The notes: generated from the letters alone by a model not told the origin. A stretch of 64,000 nucleotides of DNA from the human T2T-CHM13v2.0 reference genome, Homo sapiens (GCF_009914755.1 NC_060946.1), one strand, 5' to 3'. Counted from the first letter of the stretch, positions 27,923 to 45,455 are shown. Translations and numbers: made by a program.

Positions 27923-29877
27923 AATTTGAGATGACATGATTATATATTTAGAAAACCTCATCATCTCTGCCCAAAATCTCCTTACGCTGATAAGCAACTT
28001 CAGCAAAGTCTCAGGACACAAAATCAATGTGCAAAAATCACAAGCATTCTTATACACCAATAACAGACAAACAGAGAGCCAAATCATGAGTGAACTCCCA
28101 TTCACAATTGCTTCAAAGAGAATAAAATACCTAGGAATCAAACTTACAAGGGATGTGAAGGACTTCTTCAAGGAGAACTACAAACCACTGCTCGATGAAA
28201 TAAAAGAGGACACAAACAAATGGAACAACATTCCATGCTCATGGATAGGAAGAATCAATATCATGAAAATGGCCATACTGCCCAAGGTAATTTATAGATT
28301 CAATGCCATTTGCATCAAGCTACCAATGAATTTCTTTGCAGAATTGGAAAAAACTACTTTAAAGTTCATATGGAACCAAAAAAGAGCCTGCATTGCCAAG
28401 ACAATCCTAAGCCAAAAGAACAAACCTGGAGGCATCACACTACCTGAATTCGAACTATACTACAAGGCTACAGTAACAAAAACAGATTGGTATTGGTACC
28501 AAAACAGAGATATACACCAATGGAACAGAGCAGAGCCATCAGAAATAATACCACACATCTACAACCATCTGATCTTTGAGAAACCTGACAAAAACAAGCA
28601 ATGGGGAAAGGATTCCCTATTTAATAAATGGTGCTTGGAAAACTGGCTAGCCATACATAGAAAGCTGAAACTGGATCCCTTCCTTACACTTTATACAAAA
28701 ATTAATTCAAGATGGATTAAAGACTTACATGTTAGACCTAAAACCATAAAAACCCTAGAAGAAAACCTAGGCAATACCATTCAGGACATAGGCATGGGCA
28801 AGGACTTCATGCCTAAAACACCGAAAGCAATGGCAACAAAAGCCAAAATGCACAAATGGGATCTAACTAAACTAAAGAGCTTCTGCACAGAAAAAGAAAC
28901 TACCATCAGAGTGAACAGGCAACCTACAGAATGGGAGAAAATTTTTGCAATCTACCCATCTGACAAAGGACTAATATCCAGAATCTACAAAGAACTCAAA
29001 TTTATAAGAAATAAAACAAACAACCTCATCAAGAAGTGGGCAAAGGATATGAACAGACACTTCTCAAAAGAAGGCATTTTGTGCAGCCAACAGACACGTG
29101 AAAAAATGCTCATCACTGGCCATCAGAGAAATGCAAATCAAAACCACAATGAGATACCATCTCACACCAGTTAGAATGGCGATCATTAAAAAGTCAGGAA
29201 ACAACAAGTGCTGGAGAGGATGTGGAGAAATAGGAACACTTTTACACTGTTGGTGGGACTGTAAACTAGTTCAACCATTGTAGAAGATGGTGTGGTGATT
29301 CCTCAAGGATCTAGAACTAGAAATACCATTTGACCCAGCCATCCCATTACTTGGTATATACCCAAAGGATTATAAATCATGCTGCTATAAAGACACATGC
29401 ACACGTATGTTTATCGCAGTGCTATTCACAACAGCAAAGACTTGGAACCAACCCAAATGTCCATCAATGATAGACTGGATTAAGAAAATGTGGTACATAT
29501 ACACCATGGAATACTGTGCAGCCATAAAAAAGGATGAGTTCATTTCCTTTGTAGGGGCATGGATGAAGCTGGAAACCATCATTCTCAGCAAACTATCACA
29601 AGCACAAGAAACCAAACACTGCATGTTCTCACTCATAGGTGGGAATTGAACAATGAGAACACTTGGACACAGGAAGGGGAACATCACACACCGGGGCCTG
29701 TTGTGGGGTGGGGGAAGGGGGGAGGGAAAGCATTAGGAGATATACCTAATGTAAATGACGAGGTAATGGGTGTAGCACACCAACATGGCACATGTATACA
29801 TATGTAACAAACCTGCACGTTGTGCACATGTACCCTAGAACTTAAAGTATAATAATAAAAAAAAGAGTGAAAAAAAT
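27923..29877 (+). mobile_element. 5'-truncated L1PA (ORF2 from the FADD region to polyA)
   Basis: 412-aa ORF2 fragment at 27936-29174; 3'UTR and A tail; perfect TSD AAAGAAGCCCAT at 27911-27922 and 29878-29889. Confidence 0.97.
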
Positions 29878-32196
29878 AAAGAAGCCCATGAGAAAGATCT
29901 CCATCAAGTTCACGCGGAATGAACTCCAGCAAGACCTGGAAAATGCTCAGTTCCACAAAATATCTGCGTCCAAATACTTTGAGTGCACAGCTCTGGCATC
30001 AGGTTACTGTGAGGACAGACCCTGAGATGGATTTCTGGATGGAGGCTGCTGCTGGAGGAGACAATGTCACTGCAGATGGCTCATGCTGCTCCCATGCTGC
30101 AGGGGCCAGTGATTTGGGGCTCCCACCTGCTGTCCCGTTGGGGAACTGCGGAGATTCACCCCAGCTGGGTGGACTCTGCTGTGTCTCCTGTCAAGAATCT
30201 CCTCAGCTTACCTTGGTTTTTCCTTTTTAAATACTCTCTGGTGTTTTCCTCTCCAGTGGGGGCTGCATCTCACCTTAGAAGAAAAGATTTTCCAACTAGG
30301 GGCTGTCTTGGTAGCTGGTCCAGAAGAAGGTCTCCTCTCTCTGGAGTGAGGTCCAGCCAAGTAACTCCAGCCAGAACTCTCACTGAGTGCGGCTGGATCT
30401 GCCCTGCTCTCCTGCCATCCTCCTGTGGACTGTGGAAACCCATCCATGCCCTATGCAAAGTCCTGCATCTCAGACTGTAAAATGGCAGAAGCTGAATTTA
30501 AAATAAATGATTATATTGACTCTATGAGGGAAACAGAGTTCTGAGGTAGGCAATTGGTAAGCAAGCAATTATGTGTAACTTGTTAGAACACTAGGGTGTT
30601 TTTTGTCTTACTGATTATTTTCTGGTTAACAGGCTGGCTAGGAGCCAGAGGGAGAGAAAGCTGGCTGGGAATTGAGAGGCATGAAGTCACCTCAGTCCCA
30701 ACATTTCCATGTAAATGATGATGCGAGATGGGCTGGTGGCAGGAGTCCCTGGAAATCCTCACAATCTCAGCTTTTAACTTCTGTAAAATATTATGTCATT
30801 TATGATCTCTTTAACAAATAACTTTTTTTCTAATTATAAAAGTGTATATTCTCTTTGGAGGATCTTTGGTAAATATAAAATGAGTTATAAGAAAAAGAAA
30901 AATTCATAATTTTATCACTCAAATTTTGATAATTATATTCCTGCACTTTTAATGAAATGTAGAAATTTTAGATTATACTGTACATAAAATGTTTCTGTTT
31001 TTTCATCCAATATTGGATCATAAACGTCTTACATGGCATAAACTATATATGTAAATCAACTATTTCCACACCTGGATGCTTGATTTAACCCTCCTTATAC
31101 TGTTAGCCATTTAAATGATTTCTACTTTATCCTATGAATAACACTTCCACCAGTTATTATTCTTATATATAACTCATTCAATCATTTCATAATCTTGTTG
31201 AGCATTTATTTATAATTTGGTTGCCTATTACCTGAGTGGATTGTGGTTATATGTTTATATGCTTATTCCAAATATAGTGCTAAGATTAGCATTAGAGACA
31301 GCAAAATATTTACAGGTTTTGAAACTAGAAGGAGCCAAACAAATCCATGATCCAGCTCTGCATACTCTCACCCAGCCTTAGTTCTCTCACACAGAAAGTG
31401 AAGACAGTGCTATTTGCCTTGTGGCATTGCTGTGAACTTAAAGAAGGCACCGATTGTACACACAGCAGTGCGCAGACCGTGGAAGGCTGGGCTCCGACCA
31501 ACTCTAAGGACAATCACCATCGGATGCCCCACGATCCTACTCTCAGGATGCCCATATGCCATATGCCATGTGAGTGTCACTCAGTGAACACATATTTGTT
31601 GATTATAAATTACTCCCATGCTGTTTTCTTTGTTTTACATGTTCACAAATCTGTAAAAACAAAGTTACAATTATGAAATTAAAAGTTAACTAAAGGAGGA
31701 GATTTTCATTATCTCTGAAATGTAACCCCCCAAATCCAGATTATAAAGCAAGGAAATGTCTTATGGCCCAACACTTGCCATCAATACTTTTTTTATGTTA
31801 GTGGGCAGGGGAGGGTAGTGAAAATGAAGGAATCAGAGCTCCGATGGGTGCACATTGTCTTCCCTACAAATCCATTGCTTGTCCAGCCTTCCTTCCTCAT
31901 TGGGGCTGCTCTATCCTTTTCCACACATTTGAACTGCTCCCCTGTAGGCCTTTCTCATTTGCTTTACTTCCTAGTCTGAATTCCATGGGACCCACATTTA
32001 AGGAGAGGGGAACAACTCTGGGACTGGAGGAAGTTCACCTTATGAGTTATACCTGCCTCCTTCCTCTACAGTGAACGGTCTCTGGTGTCCCTGGGTGTTC
32101 AGTTTCTTTCCACTCATGTGTTACTGACTGTTCAGGTGGCAAATGGCCCATGACCTTTATGGGATTAAAAAGAAAAAAAATAAAAAGCTGTGTTTC

Positions 32197-33797
<1,601 letters not shown>

Positions 33798-36210
33798 AGA
33801 AAAGCTATTCCTAAGGCTTTGCCCAACATACCTTTAACTTTTGACCATATCTTTCCCCTGGTCAATAGGCTCCAGGAAATGGGACAGGATGCTTGGAAAT
33901 AAAGAGCTAACCCTGAGACAATGCAGGTGAACACAGACTAGCTGCTGCATAATAAGTAAACAAAATATGTGTCTTTCATTCAATATTAAACAATGATAGA
34001 CTGAGTATTTAAGCATGTTACCATTACAGGTATGCAAGTGCCTAACTATGACTTAAATTGTAGAGCCTCAGATTTTAGATCTGGAAGAGCCATGGGTTTT
34101 AATCCATGCTGGGAGAGGCTCAAGCTTACTCTGGAGAAACACATAGTTTGGGGAGGCTGGAGACCGAGGGGTGGGCTCCCATTCCCCAGGTCCTTCAATG
34201 AGTCTGATCTATTTTATAAATCAGTTATTGGAAAATGATTCAAACAACTCAGCCCAATTCCCTATTATTTGGTCTAGGCCATCAGCCCTCAGGCTTCTTG
34301 CCACTGCAGCTGTGGGCTCCCACTCTCCACCTGCTCTCCTGCTCAGGTTGGGGCAGCCAAAGACCTTCTCTTCCTGGGGAGAGAGGTTAGGGAGGGACCA
34401 TTTTTTGATTATTTGAGGGTGTGGTTCAGTTGTAAACAGTGTAAATTTTAGAATTTGTGTTATTGTGATGGCAATGACCAACTGCAAAATATTTCCCATT
34501 TGCCTTGTAATAACAAGAGCATGTACTTTACGCAATTGAAGTTTTTGGACCCTACTTATTTACTTTACTTTATTAAGAATAGTAACATTTGAGCAGAGAA
34601 GAGTTCTAATTTTGCATCAGAGTCAAAAGTGAAAATGAAAGGAACTGACCCATGAAGGAACAGGTGTGAGCTATTTACTTCATTCCTGCCCATCCTGGTT
34701 GATGTTGAGCTCTTGCCCTGCATCCCACTTTCAAATGTGGTGGATGCCTCACCTAGGAAAGGCCCTCACCACGCTGGCTTGCTCTGCTCACTAACTGTAC
34801 TTACTTCTCTTAATCCCCTATGAACACTCTTTTCTAGGTTGGGTGTGTTTTCCGTAATAAAAAGGTATTGTTGCACCACTTATTCAGGGCTTTTTGGATG
34901 CCATGCTAAGCATTTCATAGTCATGAGCTCATTGTATAAACTACCCTTTATAACACTCCTATGAATTCATATTCCCATATGAATTGGCCTGAGGAAGTGG
35001 CATGCTGGAGAGATTAAGTAATTGAATGACAGCTTACAGTTAATTACTGAGGGGATTTGGGTTTGGACATAGATCTGTGATTCAAACACTCATGTCTATA
35101 ACCACAAGTGCTGCCACATCATTTGCATCAGGATTAAGAATCCCTGCTGGCAGGCCTGGGAAGACGCATTGTAACCAGATAAGAGGTAATTACCACATTT
35201 ACTGAGTGGTGAGAACCACTGTACTGCCTTTCAGAGAATGCCAGGCGCCCCTGTGTTTGTCTCAGTGTCTCCAGCTTGAATTGCTTCACCCCTGGCTCTC
35301 AGCAATGCTGCTCCTCTCTCCTGCATGGATCACCTGTTCCTGGAATTCATTCTCCCATTTCTTAGGTTGCATCCCTGTCTTGTGCCAGTTTTCAAAGTGA
35401 ATGCTTCCTGTTTTTGCCCATTCAGCATGATATTGGCTGTGGGTTTTTCATAAATAGCTCTTATTATTTTGAGATACATCCCATCAATACCTAGTTTATT
35501 GAGAGTTTTTAGCATGAAGGGCTGTTGAATTTTGTCGAAGGCCTTTTCTGCATCTATTGAGATAATCATGTGGTTTTTGTCTTTGGTTCTGTTTATATGA
35601 TGGATTACATTTATTGATTTGCATATGTTGAACCTGCCTTGCATCCCAGGGATGAAGCCAACTTGATCATGGTAGATAAGCTTTTTGATGTGCTGCTGGA
35701 TTTGGTTTGTCAGCATTTTATTGAGGATTTTTGCATCGATGTTCATCAGGGATATTGGTCTAAAATTCTCTTTTTTTTTGTTGTGCCTCTGCCAGGCTTT
35801 GGTATCAGGATAATGCTGGCCTCATAAAATTAGTTAGGGAGGATTCCCTCTTTTTCTATTGATTGGCATAGTTTCAGAAGCAATGGCACCAGTTCCTCTT
35901 TGTACCTCCGGTAGAATTCAGCTGTGAATCCATCAGGTCCTGTACTTTTTTTGGTTGGGAGGCTATTAATTATTGCCTCAATTTCAGAGTCTGTTATTGG
36001 TCTTTTCAGGGATTCAACTTCTTCCTGGTTTAGTCTTGGGAGGGTGTATGTGTCCAGGAATTTATCCATTTCTTCTAGATTTTCTACTTTATTTGTGTAG
36101 AGGTGTTTATAGTATTCTCTGATGGTAGTTTGTATTTCCGTGGGATGGGTGGTGATATCCCTTTTATCATTTTTTATTGCATCTATTTGATTCTTCTCTC
36201 TTTTCTTCTA

Positions 36211-36378
<168 letters not shown>

Positions 36379-38239
36379 CTAGTTCTTTTAATTGTGATGT
36401 TAGGGTGTAATTTTAGATCTTTCCTGCTTTCTCTTGTGGGCATTTAGTGCCATAAATTTCCCTCTACACACTGCTTTAAATGTGTCCCAGAGATTCTGGT
36501 ATGTTGTGTCTTTGTTCTCACTGGTTTCAAAGAACATCTTTATTTCTGCCTTCATTCTGTTATGTACCCAGTAGTCATTCAGGAGCAGGTTGCTCTGTTT
36601 CCATGTAGTTGAGTGGTTTTGAGTGAGTTTCTTAATCCTGAGTTATAGTTTGATTGCACTGTGGTCTGAGAGATAGTTTGTTACAATTTCTGTTCTTTTA
36701 CATTTGCTGAGAAGTGCTTTACTTCCAAATATGTGGTCAATTTTGGAATAAGTGCGATGTGGTTCTGAGAAGAATGTATATTCTGTTGATTTGGGGTAGA
36801 GAGTTCTGTAGATATCTATTAGGGCCGCTTGGTGCAGAGCTGAGTTCAATTCCTGGATATCCTTGTTAACTTTCTGTTTCGTTGATCTGTCTAATGTTGA
36901 TAGTGAGGTGTTAAAGTCTCCCGTTATTTTTGTGTGGGAGTCTAAGTCTCTTTGTAGGTCTCTAAGGACTTGCTTTATGAATCTGGGTGTTCCTGTATTG
37001 GGTGCATATATATTTAGGATAGTTAGCTCTTCTTGTGGAATTGATCCCTTTACCATTATGTAATGGCTTTCTTTGTCTCTTCTGATCTTTGTTGGTTTAA
37101 AGTCTGTTTTATCACAGACTAGGATTATAACCCCTGCTTTTTTTGCTTTCCATTTGCTTGACAGATCTTCCTCCACCCCTTTATTTTGAGCCTATGTGTG
37201 TCTCTGCACATGAGATGGGTCTCCTGAATACAGCACACTGATGGGTCTTGACTCTTTATCCAATTTGCCAGTCTGTGTCTTTTAATTGGAGCATTTATCC
37301 CATTTACATTTAAGGTTAATATTGTTATGTGTGAATTTGATCCTGTCATTATGATGTTAGCTGGTTATTTTGCTCATCAGTTGATGCAGTTTCTTCCTCG
37401 CATCAATGGTCTTTACAATTTGGCATGTTTTTGCAGTGGCTAGTACCGGTTGTTCCTTTCCATGTTTAGTGCTTCCTTCAGAAGCTCTTGTAAGGCAGGC
37501 CTGGCCTGGTGGTGACAAAATCTCTCAGCATTTGCTTGTCTGTAAAGGATTTTATTTCTCCTTCACTTATGAAGCTTAGTTTGGCTGGATATGAAATTCT
37601 GGGCTGAAAATTATTTTCTTTAAAAATGTTGAATATTGGCCCCCACACTCTTCTGGCATGTAGAGTTTCTGCTGAGAGATCCGCTGTTAGTCTGACAGGC
37701 TTTCCTTTGTGGTAACCCAACCTTTCTCTCTGGCTGCCCTTAACATTTTTTCCTTCATTTCAATTTTGGTGAATCTGACAATTATGTGTCTTGGAGTTGC
37801 TCTTCTCGAGGAGTATCTTTGTGGCATTCTCTGTATTTCCTGAATTTGAATGTTGGCCTGCCTTGCTAGGTTGGGAAAGTTCTCCTGGATAATATCCTGA
37901 AGAGTGTTTTCAAACTCGTTTCCATTCTCCCTGTCACTTTCAGGTACACCAATCAGATGTAGATTTGGTCTTTTCACATAGTCCCATATTTCTTGGAGGA
38001 TTTGTTGGTTTCTTTTTACTCTTTTTTCTCTAAACTTCTCTTCTCATTTCATTTCATTCATTTGATCTTCAATGACTGATACCCTTTCTTCCACTTGATT
38101 GAATTGGCTAAAGAAGCTAGTGCATGCATCATGTAGTTCTCGTGCCGCGGTTTTCAGCTCCATTAGGTCATTTAAGGTCTTCTCTACACTGTTTATTCTA
38201 GTTAGCTATTTGACTAATCTTTTTTCAAGGTTTTTAGCT

Positions 38240-38510
38240 TCTTTGTGATGGGTTCAAACATCCTCCATTAGCTCGGAGAAGGTTGTTATTACTGATCGTC
38301 TGAAGCCTTCTTCTCCCAACTTGTCAAAGTCATTCTCCATTCAGCTTTGTTCTGTTGCTGGTGAGGAGCTGTGTTCCTTTGGAGGAGAAGAGATGCTCTG
38401 ATTTTTAGAATTTTCAGCTTTTCTGCTCTGGTTTCTCCCCATCTTTGTGGTTTTTACCTACCTTTGGTCTTTGATGATGGTGATGTACAGATGGGGTTTT
38501 GGTGTGGATG
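38240..38510. repeat. Left copy of ~270-bp direct duplication flanking the solo LTR
   Basis: Colinear with 39460-39729; about 20-25 differences by hand count, many at CpG sites. Confidence 0.92.
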
Positions 38511-39464
38511 TGAAGGGGTCCAGCCCCTCCACACCTGTGGGTGTTTCTCATCAGGTGGGATGAGAGACTGAGAAAATAAATAAGAGACACAGACAAAGTA
38601 TAGAGAAAGAACAGTGGGCCCAGGGGACCAGCACTCAGCATACAGAGGACCCGCGCTGGCCCTGGTCTCTGAGTTCCCTCAGTATTTATTGATCACTATC
38701 TCTACCATCTCGGAGAGGAGGATGTGGCCGGACAATAGGGTAATAGTGGGGAGAGGGTCAGCAGGAAAACATGTGAACAAAGATCTCTGTGTCATAAATA
38801 AGTTTAAGGAAAGGTGCTGTGCTTTGATGTGCACGTACACAAACATCTCAGTTCATTAAAGAGCAGTATTGCCGCCAGCATGTCTCACCTCCAGCCCTAA
38901 GGTGGTTTTCTCCTATCTCAGTAAACAGAACATACAATCAGGTTTTACACCAAGACATTCCATTACCAGGGACGAGCAGGAGACAGATGCCTTCCTCTTA
39001 TCTCAACTGCAAAGAGGCCTTCCTCTTTCACTAATCCTCCTCAGCACAGACCATTTATGGGTGTTGGGCTAGGGGATGGTCAGGTCTTTCCGTTCCCACA
39101 AGGCCATCTCTCAGGCTATTACATGGGGAGAAACCTTGGACAATACCTGGCTTTCCTGGGCAGAGGTCCCTGTAGCCTTCCACAGTGTATTGTGTCCCTG
39201 GGTACTTGAGATTAGAGAATGGTGATAACTTTTACCAAGCATACTGCCTTCAAGCACTTTTTTAACAAAGCACATCCTGCACAGCCCTAAATCCATTAAA
39301 CCTTGAGTCAACACAGCACATGTCTCTGCAAACACAGGGTTGGGGCTAGCATTACAGATTAACAGCATCTCAAGGCAGAATAATTTATCTTAGTACAGAA
39401 CAAAATGGAGTTTCTTATGTCTACTTCTTTCTACATAGACACAGTAACAGTCTGACCTCTCTTT
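38511..39464 (-). mobile_element. HERV-K solo LTR (LTR5B-like), U3 terminus missing
   Basis: U5 end intact (TGAAGGGG at 38511 = rc CCCCTTCA); the other end stops at ..CAGTCTGACCTCTCTTT, lacking the expected terminal ~11-12 nt ending in CA. Confidence 0.9.
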
Positions 39465-39729
39465 GCTATGGGTTCAAACATCCTCCATTAGCTTGGAGAA
39501 GGTTGTTATTACTGACCGTCTGAAGACTTCTTCTCTCAACTCATCAAAGTCATTCACCATCCAGCTTTGTTCCATTGCTGGTGAGGAGCTGCATTCCTTT
39601 GGAGGAGAAGAGGCACTCTGATTTTTAGACTTTTCAGCTTTTCTGCTCTGGTTTCTCCCCATCTTTGTGGTTTTATTTACCTTTGGTCTTTGGTGATGGT
39701 GACGTACAGATGGGGTTTTGGTGTGGATG
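39460..39729. repeat. Right copy of ~270-bp direct duplication
   Basis: TCTTTGCTATGGGTTCAAACATCCTCCATTAG...GGTGTGGATG; the L1 5'UTR then resumes. Confidence 0.92.
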
Positions 39730-42051
39730 TCCTTTCTGTTTGTTAGTTTTTCTTCTAACGGTCAGGACCCTCAGCTGCAGGTCTGTTGGAGTTTGCTGGA
39801 GGTCCACTCCAGACCCTATTTACATGGGTGTCACCAGCGGAGGCTGCAGAACAGCAAATGTTGCTGCCTGAGTGTTCCTCTGGAAACTTTGTCTCAGAGG
39901 GGCACCTGGCCATAAGAGGTGTCAGTCAGCCTCTACTGGGAGGTGCCTCCAAGTTAGGCTACTCGGGGGTCAGGGACCCACTTTAGGAGGCAGTCTGTCC
40001 ACTCTCAGATCTCAAACTCCGTGCTAGGAGAACCACTACTCTCTTCAAAGCTGTCACACAGGGATGTTTAAGTTTGCAGAAGTTTCTGCTGCCTTTTGTT
40101 CAGCTATGCCCTTTCCCCAGAGGTGGAGTCCACAGAGGCAGGCAGGCCTCCTTGAGCTGTGGTGGGCTCCACACAGTTCGAGCTTCCTGGCCGCTTTGTT
40201 TACCTACTCAAGCCTCAGCAATGACAGACACCACTCCCCCAGCCTTGCTGCTGCCTTGCAGTTCAATCTCAGACTGCTGTGCTAGCAGTGAGCGAGGCTC
40301 TGTGGTCATAGGACCCTCCAAGCCATGCACAGGATATAATCTCCTGGTGTGCCATTTGCTAAGACCACTGGAAAAGCACAGTATTAGGGTGGGAGTGTCC
40401 CGATTTTCCAGGTACCATCTGTCACAGCTTCCCTTGGCTAGGAAAGGGAATTCCCCAGCCCCTTGTGCTTCCCAGGTGAGGTGATGCCCCACCCTGCTTC
40501 AGCTCACACTCTGTGGTCTGCACCCACTGTCTGACAAGCCCCAGTGAGATGAACCCAGTACCTCAGTTGGAAATGCAGAAATCACCTGTCTTCTGCGTCA
40601 CTCATGCTGGGAGCTGTAGACTGGAGCTGTTCCTATTCAGCCATCTTGGAACCAGAAAACCATTTTTTACTCTTTTAAATGCTTCCTTCAAAGAACAAAG
40701 TTGTTTTTGGTGAAATACAATTTTTCCATTTTTTTCTTTAAGTTTCTGAATTACAATTAATTGGAATTTTAATCTACTGGTTACTGTGTTGGACAGCATG
40801 GGTCAGAAGAGGAGATGAAAAATAACAAAAAATTAATAAATGGTGATAACAGTTGATAAAAAAGCAAGCATGACATTGATTTAGACAAATGTGGTTGTTG
40901 AGAGTGATTGTGGACCACTCTCCATTAGGGTGTTCAGGAAAGGCCTTTTTTAAGTGACCTGTAACTCATATCAGTGAAAAAGAACATGCTATAAAAAGAT
41001 TCCACAAAGTGAGAGCATTAAGCTCAAAGGTCCTGAGGTAGGTGTGTTTGAGGAGCTGGTGTGTAGCTGCTGTATAAGAAGTCAACCTCCTTATTTTCAG
41101 GTACATTTATTATTATTTTAACCCCAAGCAGAATTGCCTAGCTGGGTCCCTCACCTTTACACAATAGTCATAGGATTTGACTGTTATCAAAAAGTAAATC
41201 CACTCTCAGAGGCCATAGATTTCCTATTACTGAGGTTCTTCAAAAGAATATGTAATCAATTTATATAGTAATTCCTAAAAATGAGATTCTAAAATATAGT
41301 AGCATGCAGATGAAGCATAGCTAATGCTTTAAATTATTCTGTAATAATGCATTCCTGAGGATATCCAAATTTTCACAGAACAGTTTTAATGAAATGGAAG
41401 CACATACTGGAATCATTTCAGTTAGGGATGATTTGTATCAGACTAAAACACTCTGACCTTTTGGTTTCACATACTAATTGAAAACTCTTTAGGATGAATG
41501 TTGAAATAGGGAAGAGAGACTTACAGGCTCAGAAAGCTAGGGAAGTGAAAATAATTGTAAAACAGCTCTAACATTTTTAAATGTAGCAGCTGCTGTTGTG
41601 AACTTCATTCTGCCTTTTCTTTCTAATTCTCTGGGTCCAGATCTGTTTACACCACCTCCTGGTACAACACCCCTAAGAGCTGACTTTGGCAGTTGTGTAT
41701 CTCTGTTACTGGGGCTTGAATTAAACATCTTAGTGAACAAACTTTAGCTTTACTCTTCAATACTGAAAAAAAAAATGTTATGCCCATGGTTAAACCAGTA
41801 TCCTACTCAATCCTTCTGTGATGTTACTCACAAAATGAATTGCATAAAATCGGATACCTGAGATTGTTTTGGCTGGGAGGATCCTTGAATTATAAAGATT
41901 AAATTAGATTAATCAGGAATGACCTCTGTTACTCCTCATGGGGACATTCAACTTCTGACTGAACTTTTTTTTTCCTTTAAAATTGGGGTAATAGCCCATA
42001 TCCTCCACATCTCAGAAGGTTCATTTTTATTGGTCCAAAGGAAGTATATGA

Positions 42052-42449
<398 letters not shown>

Positions 42450-43469
42450 AGGAGTTTGGTTTTTAAAAATTTAACACAAGAACATGTATATGCATTTGAA
42501 TGTACACCAGCCTTTAAAGCAGTCACCATTGGAAGCCATATATACCAAATATCATGAGGGAGAAACTGGAACAAAAAGATGAGTTGGCTATAACTTACGG
42601 AAAAGTGAAGAAAATTTCAAAAACCTCTTTATGTGAATGCTCAACTATATTTAAAACACATCAATTCTATGAGGTAGGTATTAACCCTTTCTTACAGAAG
42701 AAGGAACTGAACCCCATCAAGGCTACACATAATAAGTGGCAGAGGTGAAATTTGAACCCAGATCTACCAACTCCAAGTTTCTTTTCAATTTGACTATAAC
42801 TGCATTTGTGATTGCTTGTGACATAAGACATACGAGAGAGTAGATTTGAATTATGTATAAGCAGCTGAGAAAAATGCAATTGAGGGACTTTTCTGAATTG
42901 AGAAAAGGATGACATTCTTTGGAGAGCAGACTTTCTACCCTCTCCATCTATCATTGAATGTTATATTCATTGCTGCCACTAGTTAAATATTAGGTAGACA
43001 TTGACTGGTAGTTACAATCAATGACACAGTCACTGGCCTAATTACTTTGGTGATTTTTATACCATGGTGTCTGACATTCCCAGGTGTTTTGTATAAGGCA
43101 CACGTATTTCAAGAGCTCTTCAGCCAGGCCTAATCTCTATGCTGATGCCTCAGTCTTGCTTGCTGTTGGAAAGCTTGGCATATTCTCCAGACATAGTCAG
43201 AGGACTATATTTCAAAGCTATGTGTGGGTGCACTGAATTCTATGCCTCAGATGATTCCACTGTGGAAAATGATGTGGAAACCCAGTTGAAACGCTCTCAC
43301 TTCAGTTAACTTTTATATCACAAATCTTAAGTCTGGAAAAGGAAAACAAACTCTTGTGTCCATACTTATTCTTTCTTAAGACGTGAAAACAATAGTACAT
43401 TTTAACATGGCTGAAGAAAAATTAATTTATGTGACTGTTTATAGAATATAATATAGTTTTATAAGATAA

Positions 43470-43763
<294 letters not shown>

Positions 43764-44066
43764 AATATTTTACTTTTGTATACATCTAAAAAGTAATTAT
43801 TAATTTTGAAGATTGAGTCTTCTAAGTTAAAATAGACAGTTGTAACTCATAGACAGAACGTTCACAAGTCACAGATACCTAAATAGTGCAGTTTTTGCTT
43901 TTAGTTCTGAAATGAAGATTGTCATGAAGCAGCTTATCACTCTCTGTGCCTTCACCATTCTCCTGGGTTATGATTTGGTGAAAAGGCTGCGGGAAAAAAT
44001 GTGGAACATGTTCAACAGATAGGGAGAAGTGAGAAAGCCGATGGTACCTACAGAAATGAAATCCTT

Positions 44067-44371
<305 letters not shown>

Positions 44372-45169
44372 GAAATCCTCTCCAATCAACAAATTAGGTG
44401 ACTGAATTCTTTCACAATTCTTGCATTTCCATTCAGGACTTGGTGGCTATTCTTTTCAAAGTAGAGGCATGTTGTGCCTTATAGTACCACATACAACTTA
44501 ACAAAAATATGTAGTTATAAAACTTGCCTTCCTGGAGGGTATTTGTAGCTAAAAGTAAACTAGATTTCAACTTAGATTGCCAGTAAAACACATTATAAAC
44601 TATAAAGTATTACAAAAATAGGTATATAATATTAAGGTTACATGTGTATCTAAATCTTCCCTAAATCTGAATTTGTTTTATTTGACAAAGTCTATAAACA
44701 ACCCCAGGACAATAAAAATTGTATCCTCAGAAAGTTTGTCCCAATCCCCTTTCATCCTATCCCCAGCTGCATCTGCCTACAAGTCCCCCAGCCTGCCCAG
44801 GCTCTGTAGCTTCTATACACCTGTTCCATTTCCAACTGTTCCTGTGTTGTATATTTTATAACAAACTGTTATACACAAGTACAGTGTTTGGCTGAGTTCT
44901 GTGAGTATTTTAATCAAATTCTCAAACTTGAGAAAGGGGTTATGGGAGTCCTCACTTCTTAGTAGCTCAGAAGTACGTATGGGTACCTGTGGTTTCTGAC
45001 TAGCATCTGCAGTAAGAGCAGTGGCAGTGTTGTGGGACTAAGCTCTGGACTCTAGGGCCTGTGCTGACTTTGGTGGTGTGAGATTTAAAATGTTAAACAA
45101 CTAGTTGGTGTTGGAGAATTGCTTTGTATTCCTCAAACTCTACAGATGTAGTGTTAGAAGAAAGACATC

Positions 45170-45455
<286 letters not shown>

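Noticed and set aside
27936-29174. 412-aa ORF, the longest in the window
   Set aside because: Promoterless L1 ORF2 fragment lacking the endonuclease and most of RT, and frameshifted at its end.
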